DNA from: the human T2T-CHM13v2.0 reference genome, Homo sapiens
NCBI RefSeq assembly: GCF_009914755.1
Contig: NC_060926.1
DNA length: 64,000 bases
Strand: one strand, 5' to 3'
Shown: piece after piece, positions 1-13,011 of the stretch
Layout of the letters: each line of letters begins with the position of its first letter
How positions within the stretch are numbered: position 1 is the first letter of the stretch
Position numbers and translations under genes: made by a program
Notes under the pieces: model-generated
The model's input: the letters and a program-made list of their open reading frames with translations, nothing else
The model's database searches: none
Told to the model about the DNA's origin: nothing

Positions 1-1069
1 ACAGGGTATTGCTTTTGTGACTAAGGAAATAGGAGGGGGAAGCTCCAAGGACAACTGCCTTGGCAACATCCTTGCTTCTTCCTTCCAGGCCAGATCACCC
101 TCACACTCTAGCTGCCCTCCCTGGAAAGCTGAAGAGTCCCAGACTGAAGAGTTAGGCTAATTGCACTGGTTCAGGTGGTGATTAATTTATAATTCCTAAT
201 GGAAAATTGTTGCTACAAAATCATTCACATCACAAAAGAGCCACAGATAACCGTCTAAGATATACGAATAGGAAATGATTGCAGCCAAATTCGGATCATT
301 TCCAACAGTATAACATTTTTTTCTTGGATTACAAAGAGAATTTTATGACACTGGCAGGCACATAACTTTCTCCAGCATTCTAAGCGTCTTCCTGTCTTTC
401 TTGTTCCCACACGTTAAATCAGCAGTGCATGACTTACAATTTGACTTGCTTCCTTTTTCGCAAAGTAGTCAGAACATGATTCCATTCATGAGTGACCTTT
501 CTCCTCCCTCTCAGATGCTGATTTGGGCAACATTCAGATCACTTTTATTTCATTTTGAGAGATAAAAATTTGGTTGCCCCAGGAGTGGGAGAACTTAATG
601 ACTGTTTCAGTAAAGCATTTACTGAGTCAGTATTCAAAGCCATCTGAAATAGTTGGCAGAGTTAAACAATAAATGGCATTACTTTAATAAACTGGGAGGG
701 AATAAGACTGTCCCATTGTGCCTAGCAACTGTTAAACATTATGTTCTTTCTTGGAATCTAACAATGCAATCTTTGTTTCATTCAGTACTCTGCATTGTCT
801 CTTAAAAACAAATCTTAAGAAATTGTGTAAGTATATTAAGAACATAAATGTATGTGTGTATGTGTATATATATATTTGTACACACACACATATTCATAGG
901 CATATAAAACAAATGAATGCCACTTTTTAGATCCAATCACCTGTCCAACCCATAAATAGATAACCATGCATCGGAATAACCAGGTTTATATCTGCTGTGA
1001 TGAGTGTACACAACAAAAGCAATATAAGAAGACAAAAAATGATGAAAAAGAAACAGAATAATAAATTGC

Positions 1070-1263
1070 TAAGAGTCTAGGCTTTGGATTTACAGGTAAT
1101 TCTGTCATGCACAAATAAGACTTTAACTTCTTTACTCTTTTTAGATATAAAATGGGGATGTACTAGGAGCTTCATCTGAGGGCTAGAGTGAGAATTCAAT
1201 GAAGTAGGGCTTTCAAAATGTTTAGCAAGGAACTGAAAACTAGTAAGTACTCAAATGTTAGCT
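1070..1263 (+). mobile_element. MIR SINE fragment
   Basis: Degenerate MIR core (tataaaatggggatg...gtgagaattcaatga...tagtaagtactcaaatgttagct). Confidence 0.6.
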
Positions 1264-2410
1264 TTAACAATGGCTCAATCAAGATTATAACTCTACTTGG
1301 TTTCAGACTTTCGATATGTTAAATTAGGTAATACGTTAACAATAAAAATATACAGAACAACCTGGGATAGTTATCCAATATCAATCTCTATTAGCTCTCT
1401 AGTTTAGTGTAGTTACTAACTTTCTTCTTGGCCGTGTTTATTGGGAAGCAGATAGCGAATTTTTATGAGCTTGGACAATGCCAGAGATAGGACTGTATCT
1501 CTGGCATATGCAATTCATTCTACATAAAAGAAAAACAGCCCTGTACAGAAAGCATTTTCTTTGCTATGTGAACATGTGTATGTGTGCATGGAAGCTTTCA
1601 TGTGTGTGTTTGTGTGCACACATGTGCTCAGGAGATAAAATCAAGGGAGGCATATAAAGAAGCACGCTCATCATTAAGATTTGATGTGTTGCTACAATTC
1701 TGCAATATGTTTGACAATTAGCAATGGCTTAAATGCCTAATATATTTAATGACTCAATATATACCATTTAGTTGGTTCCTTGTACTAAAAGAAGATACAA
1801 ACGAGATTGGTGGGGAGACAGTGATTAGCCAAGGGAAGTGAGAAAACAGAGCAGCTGCTCTTCCCTGGACATATCTTCTTTTGAGACTGTAAATAGAGGG
1901 GTGGATTTTATTGACTATTTTGCTTGTAGGATGTAGAATTTAAGCTCATCACACTGGAAAGAGCCCACATCTAACACTGCTTATACATTACATTAGAATT
2001 TTCAAAGACTCTTAGTTATCTTGAAGAACAAGAAATCACAGACCAAGATTATTCCTGAAACCTGTAATTATTGCAAGACAAATGATAAGTAAAGCAGAGA
2101 GAGCTAACATCTCCTTTTCTCTATGGAAGTTGAGAGATCTTCTGTCTTACTGCCCACATCTATCAGCAGCTCCTTCTCCAAAAAGGATGACCTGATATTC
2201 TGAATGGTAGTCACCAGAGGTATTAATTGGGCTATATTTTACTAGTGCGTAAGACTATTGTGGCCTAGTGGCAATAAACCACGCTCTTCCTGTTGTCTGT
2301 CTCATAGCCACAAACAGGTTGGCAGTCATAGGAGCAGGAAAATTGTTTTCTTCTCTCCTGTCCATCATGCAGCTGGTGAGTAAATGCACTTAAGAGGGCC
2401 CAGTAACAGG

Positions 2411-2444
2411 TCTCTCTCCTCTCTCTCCTCTCTCTCTCTCTCTC
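2411..2444. repeat. imperfect (CT)n microsatellite
   Basis: Directly visible; a similar tract lies at about 4160-4200. Confidence 0.85.
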
Positions 2445-2949
2445 AGTGTTCTCAAATATAAGAGTTTCAAAATTTGGGGAAAGAAAGAGTCTCCAGTTGG
2501 ATTCCAAACCCAAGCTATACTCCTATATATCTACCAGAAAGCTTTGCCCTCAGACCAGATGGAGGGGGAGGTGAGGAAAGGGAGGGTTAGGGTAAGCAGT
2601 GTGTGTAACATGCTTCCTTAGCCATTACTGAAGCAGTAATGTGTTTTCCATGTAACTATTGCCCTTTAATCATGCATTTCCTTTATACAATATCCTGGGA
2701 AAAGAAACTAGAATTTCATATCAATACTTTCACTTGATCATTTAATAAAAAATTCAATTAACTCTTATGTTATTCCTGCTATGTAGATACATGGCTTTAT
2801 AGTAGTATTACTTATATTGAAGGGATAAATAGTAGGGTTAGAATAAAGTTCACCTTGATCTCTTAACAAGGATAAGGATATCTTAGTAAGTTCTCCAAAA
2901 TGTGATAATACAGATTAAAGTTGAAGTTCACAGCAGATAGAATGCGAGT

Positions 2950-3077
2950 GGGTGGGTGCAGTAGCTCACGTCTATAATCCCAGCACTTTGGGAGGCTGAA
3001 GTAGGAGGCTCGCTTGAGCCCAAAAGTTGGAGACCAGCCTGGGCAAAATAGTGAGACCCCATCTCAAAAAAAAAAAA
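2950..3077 (+). mobile_element. Alu left monomer (FLAM_C-like)
   Basis: ggtgcagtagctcacgtctataatcccagcactttgggagg...gagaccccatctc followed by an A tail; single monomer. Confidence 0.9.
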
Positions 3078-3111
3078 GAAATTTAAAGAAATAGAAAGTT
3101 AGGGTTGTTGG

Positions 3112-3117
<6 letters not shown>

Positions 3118-3153
<36 letters not shown>
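3118..3153. repeat. (AC)18 microsatellite
   Basis: Directly visible. Confidence 0.97.
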
Positions 3154-3155
<2 letters not shown>

Positions 3156-4489
3156 CAAGACACATGAATTTTTATATATTCATATATTCATACTTTGCCT
3201 TATTCCTAAAAGGATATGAGGCAACAGAATATCATGACTAACCATCTGAGAGGAAGTTGCTTGTCCTGAGATTAATTAATTTGCCTTTCTCTCTCTCTTT
3301 TTTTAAGTATGTTTTAGAAGATCAGGGATTTTTTGAAAGTTTATCTGCTAGAATAGGGTAAAGAAATTGGAAGTTCACATTAATACTCTCACTTGATCAT
3401 TCAGTAATAATTTAATTAACTTCTATTTCATTCCTGCTATGTAGACACCTCGCTTTATAGTGGTGTTACTTACATTGATATGATGCCTGATGTATTTCAA
3501 TGATTAATGTCTTATTTGCTCCTCCAAACTTTGAGTAGGTCATTTGTAGAAAATTATCACACACACACACACACCTTTTAATATTAGTAAAAACAAGCCT
3601 CAAAAATACAGTAAATTGTAGAATCACACTCTCCTGACTGCCAATCTAGCTTTCTTTTCATTGCCCTGTCCTGTGCTCTCAAAGGTATAGGAACTGCGTC
3701 AACTCTGCTCTCTCTCCTATGTGAGATCTATTTAAAAAAAAAAAATCCTATTATATTTGATCAACAGTGGAAAAGAGTTTAAGATCATTGAATAAAAGAC
3801 ACCAGAAATGTGTTCAATTTTCTGTCACCTAAACCCCCAGGTTGCTAGGACACTGCCCCCTTCCAAGAACCTTCTCATAAATTTCACACGATCTCCTCTC
3901 TTTTCAAGATGTCTCATTCAACTGCCATTAGACTTGGTTGGGAGAATAGAATCATCTCCAGCAAGTAAAATAGCTCACCATTTAGTTATTACAACATGCA
4001 GTGCTTTTTGCTTATCACAGCCTTAAGCCCTTCCTGGAAGGTAAGATTTTTCTCAGATTGGCAATATGCAGACATGAGAAAAGAAAGCAACTGACAGAAT
4101 TTGTGAGGAAAAGAGATGATGCCTGAGGTTGCTTCAGGATGGGAAAACATATCTTAATTTCTCTCTCTTTCTCTCTCTCTCTCTCCTCATCTCTCTCTCC
4201 CTGCTGCCACAAGAAGCAGAAACATAAAACCAAATAAAAAAATTTCTGTTTCTTAATATCTTAAGTCCAACAACAGTATAAAAGTATGACTGAGGAAAAG
4301 GAATTTGACAACTAACAGTTAAAACATGATACATGAAGGTAACATTCTTGTAATGAGAATTCTAGAGAACATCTGATTGATAAAAATTGTGGGGCTCTGA
4401 GATTTAAAAAAAAATTAGAATGAATCATGAAATGGACCAGTCACATAAACTTGCCGAAGGGGAAAAAAAGACTGAGAATTAAACATAGT

Positions 4490-4608
4490 TAGGGCAATCA
4501 CATGTCAATTTTGCTGGAACTGTCCTGGTTTAACCCTTAAAAGTGATATAATCCTAGTCACTTTCAAAGGAATACTTGTTTGGACAAAATACATCTGTGG
4601 TCGCCCTA
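4490..4608. mobile_element. MER81-like hAT MITE
   Basis: Terminal inverted repeats tagggcaatcaca / tgtggtcgcccta, about 119 bp, internal ctgtcctggttta and gtttggac motifs. Confidence 0.6.
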
Positions 4609-6044
4609 GCCATAGAGGATGAAGCAATGTTATTTCTATGCATTTCAAAAAGAAAAAAAAAACACGGGAAGTGTGTCAGAAAGCTGGGGACATGCCATTA
4701 TCTTTTTGACAGTTCATTACAAAAAGGCAAATGCAGTGACCTCAACCAATGTATGTTTATTTATAAAATTGAGTAAGAACTCACAAATCCATTTTGAATT
4801 ACTTAGTGGAAATCAAGATCTTTCATCACGGAAATAAAAGAAAGCAGAGAAGGAGAGATAAAATTGGCAACATTCTCTGAAATTCAAGCTGAAAACCATG
4901 TTTCAGCAAAGGAAACACAGAATCCTCAACCAATGCCATGGCACACGAGAGCCTTTCCACATGCCAGACAAACCATTCTAGCAAGATTTCTAGTCCAAAC
5001 TGGGATTGTGAGTATATTTGTATTTTCCCTACTTTAAGAGAAGACTAGCAGAATTTTTCTCGTAAATTTAGGGATGCATAATCACATGTTGTTTTACATA
5101 AACATGCATTCCAATTTACATAAATTTGCATAACACTTTCCCCAAAAACCTATCTCTGAATATGTAAAACAAATTAATCTGTGTTCTCTAATATTATTAT
5201 ATTCAAATATGACATCCAGGGCTACCACAAGAGATAGGCTTAGGAGAGATAGCAATGGCATCACTCCAAAACTCTGTACTAAAAATAGATAATAGTTATA
5301 GATTAGATAAAAGTTGGATATTTCCAGAAATTGATTAGAAACAGTCAAAAAACTGCTAATAAAATAATCCCAGATTGGAATAAGTAGATGGAATACTTGA
5401 TACAACTCATTAAGAATTAATATTAGGGAGCTAGTTTGCCAAGTTCTGCATAGCCGTGTTTACTCCAGTTCTTCAAGTGTGTTTGCTCTAGCATAGAATA
5501 CTTTAAAAAAGAAATAATTTTTCTAATTTGCATTTTAACAAAAAAATAGGTAATTGTCGTTGCTGTTACTGTTACTGTTATAGCAAAAAAAGCCATGGCA
5601 TGAAGTTTACTTTCTGATTGCCAATAAAATGTTTCAGGATTGGTTCTTTCCTTTTATTATAAATGGAAACACAAAAGGGGAGAAAATTAATCTTCTCTTT
5701 CCTCTCCTCTATAAATAATGTATTTGGTAAATAATTATTTCTGTGCTGTAAGATAGTCTTACTATGGCTTGCTTTACAAATGTTTTTAAAAGAGGATTTC
5801 ATAAATGAATATGAAAAACAAAAACACAGCAAAGTCTTAACCTAAAACTCTTTCGTCTACTATATGGGTATAGGGTTCCTAGCTACTTAGGTTAGATTAA
5901 TAGCTGGCAGCTCTTAGCATCTTAGCATCTTAACATACCAAAGAAACTTTCTGGTTTGCTGGGGAGACGAGGACATGATAAAGCTGAAGATTGTGAACCA
6001 CTCAAAAAGGAGCACAGATTAAAGTAATTCCATTAACACCATTA

Positions 6045-6250
6045 ACACATGAGTCAGATCATGGTACTTCTTTACTCAACAGCTTCTAATAGCTTCTCAT
6101 CACCCTTAGAATAGAATCTAAATTTACCAGGACCCACAGATTCTATACAAATTGGCTTCTAGCATCAACTCTAGTCTCATTGGTATCTTCCTCTCACTTA
6201 CTTCACTCCCTTAATGCAAGCTTTCTTGCTGTGCTCTAAACAGGCCACGC
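6045..6250 (+). mobile_element. L2 LINE fragment
   Basis: gtcagatcatggtacttctttactcaac...cttctcatcacccttagaatagaatctaaa is typical of the L2 3' region. Confidence 0.65.
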
Positions 6251-6279
6251 AGGGCCTTTCCTTTGGTTTTCAATGCTAC

Positions 6280-6515
6280 TGTGGACCTGGGGAGAGGGAA
6301 ATTGGAATAAGTCAAGTTGAAACATCATAAAGTTCTCTGCCCTTACCAAGATTCAGCCATTTTTATTGAGTGAATCATCCTTAGATTGTTGCATGGTTTT
6401 GGTTAACTTTCAGAGTTCTGAAAAAAAGTTGATTTTGACAACTTGTGCTAGTGTTCTCATTGCTTTTATAAAATAATAGTTTGATGGAAGTCTATATTTT
6501 GCAATTCTGGAAATT
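6280..6515 (-). mobile_element. old L1M 5' end fragment
   Basis: ttcagagttctgaaaaaaagttgattttgacaac...gtgttctcattgctttta resembles an antisense L1MD/ME 5' end. Confidence 0.5.
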
Positions 6516-6837
6516 GCTTTTGGGTCAGCGCTTCCTTAAAACTCACTAAAACTTGACAAGTGGTAGGTTGTTAATAATTAGTTGCATGTAATTTCTGAAA
6601 CTGTAGTAGTAGATTTTTTTGTACTCTGTTTAACATTAAATCATAAAATTTATTTTTTTCTAGATAGATCACATTAAATTTTATTCATTCAACAAATACA
6701 TATTGAGTCACTGAGTTGCATTAGTCACTGTCCCAGGCACCAGAAATATGGCATGGATGAGGAAATGACATTTGCCAAGAGGTCCTAATGACCTGAGGGA
6801 ATAGGTCACAGGCTACCTGAGGAAAGATAATTCCAGG

Positions 6838-7385
6838 CTGTCTACAACAGATATGCTTTAGATTCAAGACAAAAATATATCGAAAGTAAAAAGTTATAAA
6901 ACAGTATACCATGCAAATAGTACTCGAAAGACAGCTGGAGTAGTTATACTAATATCATATGAAATAGACTTCAAGAAAAAAAGTTACTAGAGAAAGAGAA
7001 GGTCATTTTATAACAATAAAAGGATCAATCCATCAGGAAGGCAGAACAATTTTTAAAATATATGCACCTAAAAACAGAGCTCCAAAATACATGAAGCAAA
7101 GTGGACTATACTGAAGGGAAAAATAGACAGTTTAACAAGGTTCATTACCCTACTTTTAATAATGAATATAAACTATAGGAGAAAATCTACAAGAAAATAA
7201 GTCTCCAACAACACTATAAACCAGCTAGACCTAATAGATACCTATAGCATAATAGAGACATTTTACCCAACAGCAACAGAGTACATATTCTTTGAAGTGT
7301 ACACGGAACATTCTCCAATATAAACCATATGCCAGGCCATAAAACAAGCCTCAAACAAATTAAAAGGATTAGAATCATATAATTT
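6838..7385 (+). mobile_element. L1M ORF2 endonuclease-region fragment (degenerate)
   Basis: taccatgcaaat (YHAN), gctggagtagttatactaatatca (AGVVILIS), atatatgcaccta (IYAP), acattctcca...aaccatatg match L1 EN motifs; frameshifted. Confidence 0.9.
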
Positions 7386-7459
7386 ATAATAAGAGGAGGA
7401 AATCTGAAGAATTACCAGTTGAGATGAAGAATTACAAATTGAGGCAAAATTTTTTGCCT

Positions 7460-7676
7460 TAGAATATTTACTTACCATAATATATGTTATTAATGTTGAT
7501 ATGTAATGGAAATATTACTATTAGTTTTAAATGAATATTTAAACATAAAATTATTTTCAGTTTTAATTTTTACTATGGTAAATATTGATTGATATAATCA
7601 AATAAATAAAAGCTCTTTAAGAGTTTTCAATAATTTTAAAGAGGTTTCCCTTACCAAAAGGTTTGAGAACCACTGA
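7460..7676 (+). mobile_element. Charlie1-family hAT 3' end
   Basis: Ends aaaggtttgagaaccactg and resembles the Charlie1 end at 34.9-35.2 kb; another Charlie1-like piece at about 6540-6645. Confidence 0.65.
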
Positions 7677-10155
7677 TTTAGACTAATAATTTGGGAGATA
7701 TGTTTGGGAGTCCACCACAATACCTATTACTCCACATCACACCAGCAACTGTTTGCAATGGTTCCTTTGGAGGAAAGACAGAGAGGTAGTAGGAATAGGA
7801 GCTTAGTCATTTTCTACATTTTTGTATGGCTCTGAAGTCCCAGGAATGAAACATAACAAGTTGTGTTTGAGAAACTGAACAGAATACATTGTGAATGGAG
7901 CATCAGAAGGGTGTGTGATGGTGGGAGAGAGGAAATGGGTGTGCTGAAAGTATCTATCTTGTAGGACAGATAGGATACTATTATTCTAATATCTGTAATA
8001 CAAGGGAATAACAATTGCATTAAAAAGTGATCAACTAAGTGCTACTCAGAGAGGAATCACTTTATTGTCATCTGGAAATCAAACTCACTACAACATTCCC
8101 TCTTGAAATGCAAAACCAAGCCCACTGAAATGTTATTAACAATCTTAACAGTTTCAAAACATGCACTCGCTCATGTAATCTATGGATATTATTCATCTCC
8201 TTCAAAATGAAAACTCTAAGGCTACAGGTATTTTTTTTTAATCTAGGCAAGTGAAGAGAATTTATGAATGTGCAGTTCTATACCCAGAAAGCAATTGCCA
8301 TGAGTTAGAAAAGGAAAAAAAAATCCACTTCAAATAAAGCAACGTGACTCCTCCACTCCCACCTCCAACTCTTTGGGCTTAGGAAGACCTAACCCCCACC
8401 ATTTTCTAATCTTCGGCAGGGATTTCATATCTAACAGCTGCTATTTAGGTAGCCCCTTATGCTATGAAATTCAAACCCTCATTTTATCTCCTTTCCCTAC
8501 AGCAAAAATTGCAATATCTCACACCCAAGCTCCAGCTGTCAGATTCACACACCATTTCTATTTCAATGGCTAGAATAATCCCTTGCTCCCTTGTTTTCAT
8601 TGAACAAGAATGTGCCAGCTTAAAAAAAAAAAAGGAACAGGGAAAAGGCATTTGTCTAAACTCAAATACTCAAAGGGGAGAAAACAGCTTGAAGAAATGT
8701 GATGCTTTGTTACAGGCATTTTGCATTTGAAGCACAGTTGTTTTTTAAGTACATATACACATTCAAACATATATAAATATAGGTAGATGGACATGAGACT
8801 CTACAGGCCTTTCTTTTTCAGAATGCACTATATAAGTCAGAGAAAATATACACACATAACTGTGCCAAAAAAACTAGACAATGTGACCATATCCATGGCA
8901 ACCATTCTTAAGTTAAATTTTATTTTTTAAAATGAGAGAGGAAAATGTTTCTAAGTTTTCAATCTTTCACATCCATTGTGATACCAGCCACCTATAACAT
9001 GGTGGTTATTGCTTAATATTTAGTTAGAAGCCCAAATTCCAAAGCAGTCTTAGAAGCATGGTGCTCCTAGTGATAGTTAAAATAAGCAATCCCTGAAGAC
9101 ACCATTTGTAAATTAACACACAGATGCAATTTCAGCTGTCTCCAGTCTGAATGGGAAGAGTCAAATGATCTCTATTGGGAGAACAGAGTTCTTAAAAGAG
9201 TTTGGTGTCTGATTCTCTTCATGCATGAAGAAATACATGAAGAGAAAGGCTCTAGAAAAACCTCTTAAGTGCTTCCTAAGATCTGTGGCACTGGCATAAC
9301 CACCTGAAATCCCAGGAATATCCTTTTAGCAGTGACAAAGAACTTTATCTTGTAAATTCTTGCCTTCTTATCTAGTAAATTCTTCTCTCAAGATGTTTTT
9401 GACCAATATCACTTTTTTGCTTAGTTCCATAACCTACTGCCCATGGAATCATTATGACGGCATTCTAACTGCTCTCCCTGGCTTAAATGTTTCCCTCCCC
9501 AGTCAACTGAATGGCTCATTTTCTCTTCCCACCACTCTTTTGTTCTAAAAACTTTGATTGGCTTCCTATAACTTCATTCTCATGTACTAAATCTTCTATA
9601 ACTGGGCTCGGTCTTAGCTAATCCAAAATTTTCTCTTTAAGCTTTTGATGAACAACCAAGGATGTTTCCTCCCCATTTTTCCCCAAGCCACTTTCTATCT
9701 ACCTTCCCAACACACCAAGCTCAACCTTAGCTGAGGATGTTAAGAAGACAGCACCAGTTTCTTTATACTAAATGTCGTTCACCTTCCATCCAGCCAAATC
9801 ATACTCAGCTTCCAAATTCCCCTTAAGGTCCATGAGGGATAGCCTGACATCAACAGCCTTCACTGATTTCTCTAACATCTGGGAGATTATTTTACTAAAG
9901 ATAAGAACAAATAAGCATTAATACTAAAAAATTAGTTACTAATAAGGAACTTTTTACTAAATATAGTACCTTAGATAGTCAATTAAGACCTAAGAGTCTG
10001 AAATCATTCAGAAAGTAAAGATAACAATTACTCTTAAAAACAAAATGGCAACAATCACAGGAACCAATGTATCTAAAAGATAATAATAATCTCTCTGCCT
10101 GCCATTTCAAATATACATGACATTTTCTCTCCTTTTACAAAAAAAAAGAGTTGTT

Positions 10156-10558
<403 letters not shown>

Positions 10559-12646
10559 TTATTTCTTTTTTTTTTTTTTTTTCCTTTACAGTGGAAACCC
10601 TTACCTTCATTAGAGCACAGACATAATCTTTATTTGTAAAACTTAAAACTTTAAGCTAAATGAAAAACAGCTAATGTTTTTGCTGTAAGGTAGTTTGCCA
10701 ACTTTAGAAAAATATCTTCAATTCTTCAAACAGATGGCAAGGCCACCTTTAAAAAATATTAAGCATGCTAAAATAGATACAAACTGATAGTTCTACTTCT
10801 GATAAACGCTGCTGTGGACAACCGAATGCCTCCCATTCTGTTTCAGTAATAAATCACTTTCCTGACTTGAGTTAGTAATGAGATTTTTAATCATGTGGAT
10901 TGAACATATCCTCCAGTTAATAAAAAACGTATCACCTCTTTTTTATCTTTAATAAAAGATTTGTACACTGCTCAAATGATTGGTATTACATTTTTAAAGA
11001 ACCCAAGATTGATGTTTTTCAATTCTCCTCTCCATTTTTCTGGGCTTTTATAATTCAAAGGTAATATGCCCTGTAATTAATAATTCATAAGGTAATTTTA
11101 AGGCTTTTATTCAGAAACCTCTTTCCTATTGACTTTAGAATGTGTCATAAAATGCAGGTATTAATATCTTGGCAATTCCCAGCTCTGTACGGATGAGGTC
11201 CTTGAATTTAAACAACTCAAGATTGGTGCTTCAAAAATCAGGAGACATAATTTTGAACCTTAAGGTACAGAAAAGACAAATATCTTTTAAAAGTGCTATT
11301 TACACCATTATATTTCTTTCAACTGACAATTAACCACAGGCACATTTCTCTTGTTATTCGGGTAATTGTCACGATTTATTTTTTTTAGCGTGACAATTAT
11401 TTTGAGGAATAAATCAGAGGCAAACAGTTCTATCTGAAAACATTTTTTAAACTACTGTTCTAAATGTGCATTTAAGCATCTGGAATCACTAAAAGATTCA
11501 TTCAAAGACATTTTTACCTGAAGGTAAAGCTTTGTTTTTCTCATTATTATCTTTCAGGCACAACAAAGTAGTGTGTATTAGGAGGGGAGCACAGAAAAAT
11601 CATCTACACTTTTTTCTCTTTTAAATATTTTTCCATACACTGTTCTGGAAATCTGTTTGATCAGAGAGTATCAGGGTGTCATTCACCAAGTTTGTTAGAA
11701 AGTGATCCTTACAAGGGCACACAAAAGAGTGTGCTAGCATTTACTGGCCAGTAAATTCCACTCTATTCTCATAAAACTGCCAGGCATCAAATAAGTATAA
11801 TTATGCATGGCAAAGAGCACTGTAAATATAAAGGGCTTCAGAAATACAAGAGGTGTTATCATCTGCCAAATAGCCCACATTTGTCTCATGGAAGCTTGGT
11901 TGAATGCAGATGGAAAAATATGAACCTATCTCTACCTATTGAAGAACAGTTCCAAGTACATCAGGATGCTGAATAAGCAATGACCCTCTTGTTTAAAAAA
12001 TAAATCATGGCAACAAATTAACAACATATTACTGTCTCTCCACCACTTTGTGAACAAGATCAGTGGTGGATTCAACCCTGCATTCCTTGAGCTAGTCACA
12101 GGACCTGACATTTATAATGAGGCTCAATAAGGATTAAACAATAATATCTGAAATATGAAGAGCAATATTCGACCCACTCGGGCACTTGGAGTCTCTGTTC
12201 CTCTAATCCTTCATCTATAAAAGGAAACAGTCATCTAATCCAGATGTTGTGAAAATAGTTTAGATAAGATTAATAAATCTGAGTCATTGCTCTACTATTA
12301 CAAAATATGGCTTGTAATAAATTTCTTTCCTTGGATACAAAGAACACCTGAAACCACTGTAAATCAAAATTTATATGCAAGGAGGAAGCTGTGGTGCTTC
12401 AAGAGTTTTTGCTGGCCAAGAACCAAAAATCTAAGATCTACCATGCTTTGACCAAAGATTTCCTAGAGAACTCAAGATGGGCCTTAATTGTTAAAGGTAG
12501 AGGTACAGACTGTCATTAGCTAAAGGGAGTACCATGTTTTACTTTTGATTCAGATTTAGTATGACAAGACAAATAAAAATAGCTTTTAGAGCAAAATATG
12601 GAATACAAAAAATCCATATGTCAGAAAACTTTCAGTTACACCTCTT

Positions 12647-12990
12647 GACTTCCATCCCTCCGGATCCGGCAGGGTGTCCACTGTGCTCCTGATCCAGCGA
12701 GGCGCCCATTGCTGCTCCCAATCGGGCTAAAGGCTTGCCATTGTTCCTGCACAGATAAGTGCCCGGGTTTGTCCTAATCAAGCTGAACACTAGTCAATGG
12801 GTTCCATGGTTCTCTTCCATGACCCATGGCTTCTAATAGAGCTATAACACTCACCACATGGCCCAAGATTCCATTCCTTGGGATCTGTGAGGCCAAGAAC
12901 CCCAGGTCAGAGAACACGAAGCTTGCCACAATCTTGGAAGTGGCCCACCACCATCTTTGGGAGCTGTGGGAGCAAGGACCCCTGGTAACA
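12647..12990 (+). mobile_element. HERV-W LTR17, U5 part only (5'-truncated)
   Basis: ccggatccggcagggtgtcc...gggctaaaggcttgccattgttcctgca...gcaaggacccctggtaaca matches the 3' end of LTR17. Confidence 0.92.
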
Positions 12991-12993
12991 TTT

Positions 12994-13011
12994 TGGTGAC
13001 CCAGATGGGAA
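12994..13011 (+). promoter_or_regulatory. retroviral primer binding site, tRNA-Arg(CCG)-like
   Basis: TGGTGACCCAGATGGGAA 3 nt after the LTR end; 16/18 match to the recalled complement of the tRNA-Arg-CCG 3' end (TGGCGACCCAGATGGGAC). Confidence 0.75.

Noticed and set aside
5100-5430. Faint resemblance to a Tigger-type transposase motif (SNMTSR)
   Set aside because: One weak motif with no collinear support
10561-10680. Splice-like signals on both strands near a poly-T run
   Set aside because: Expected by chance next to T tracts; no other support
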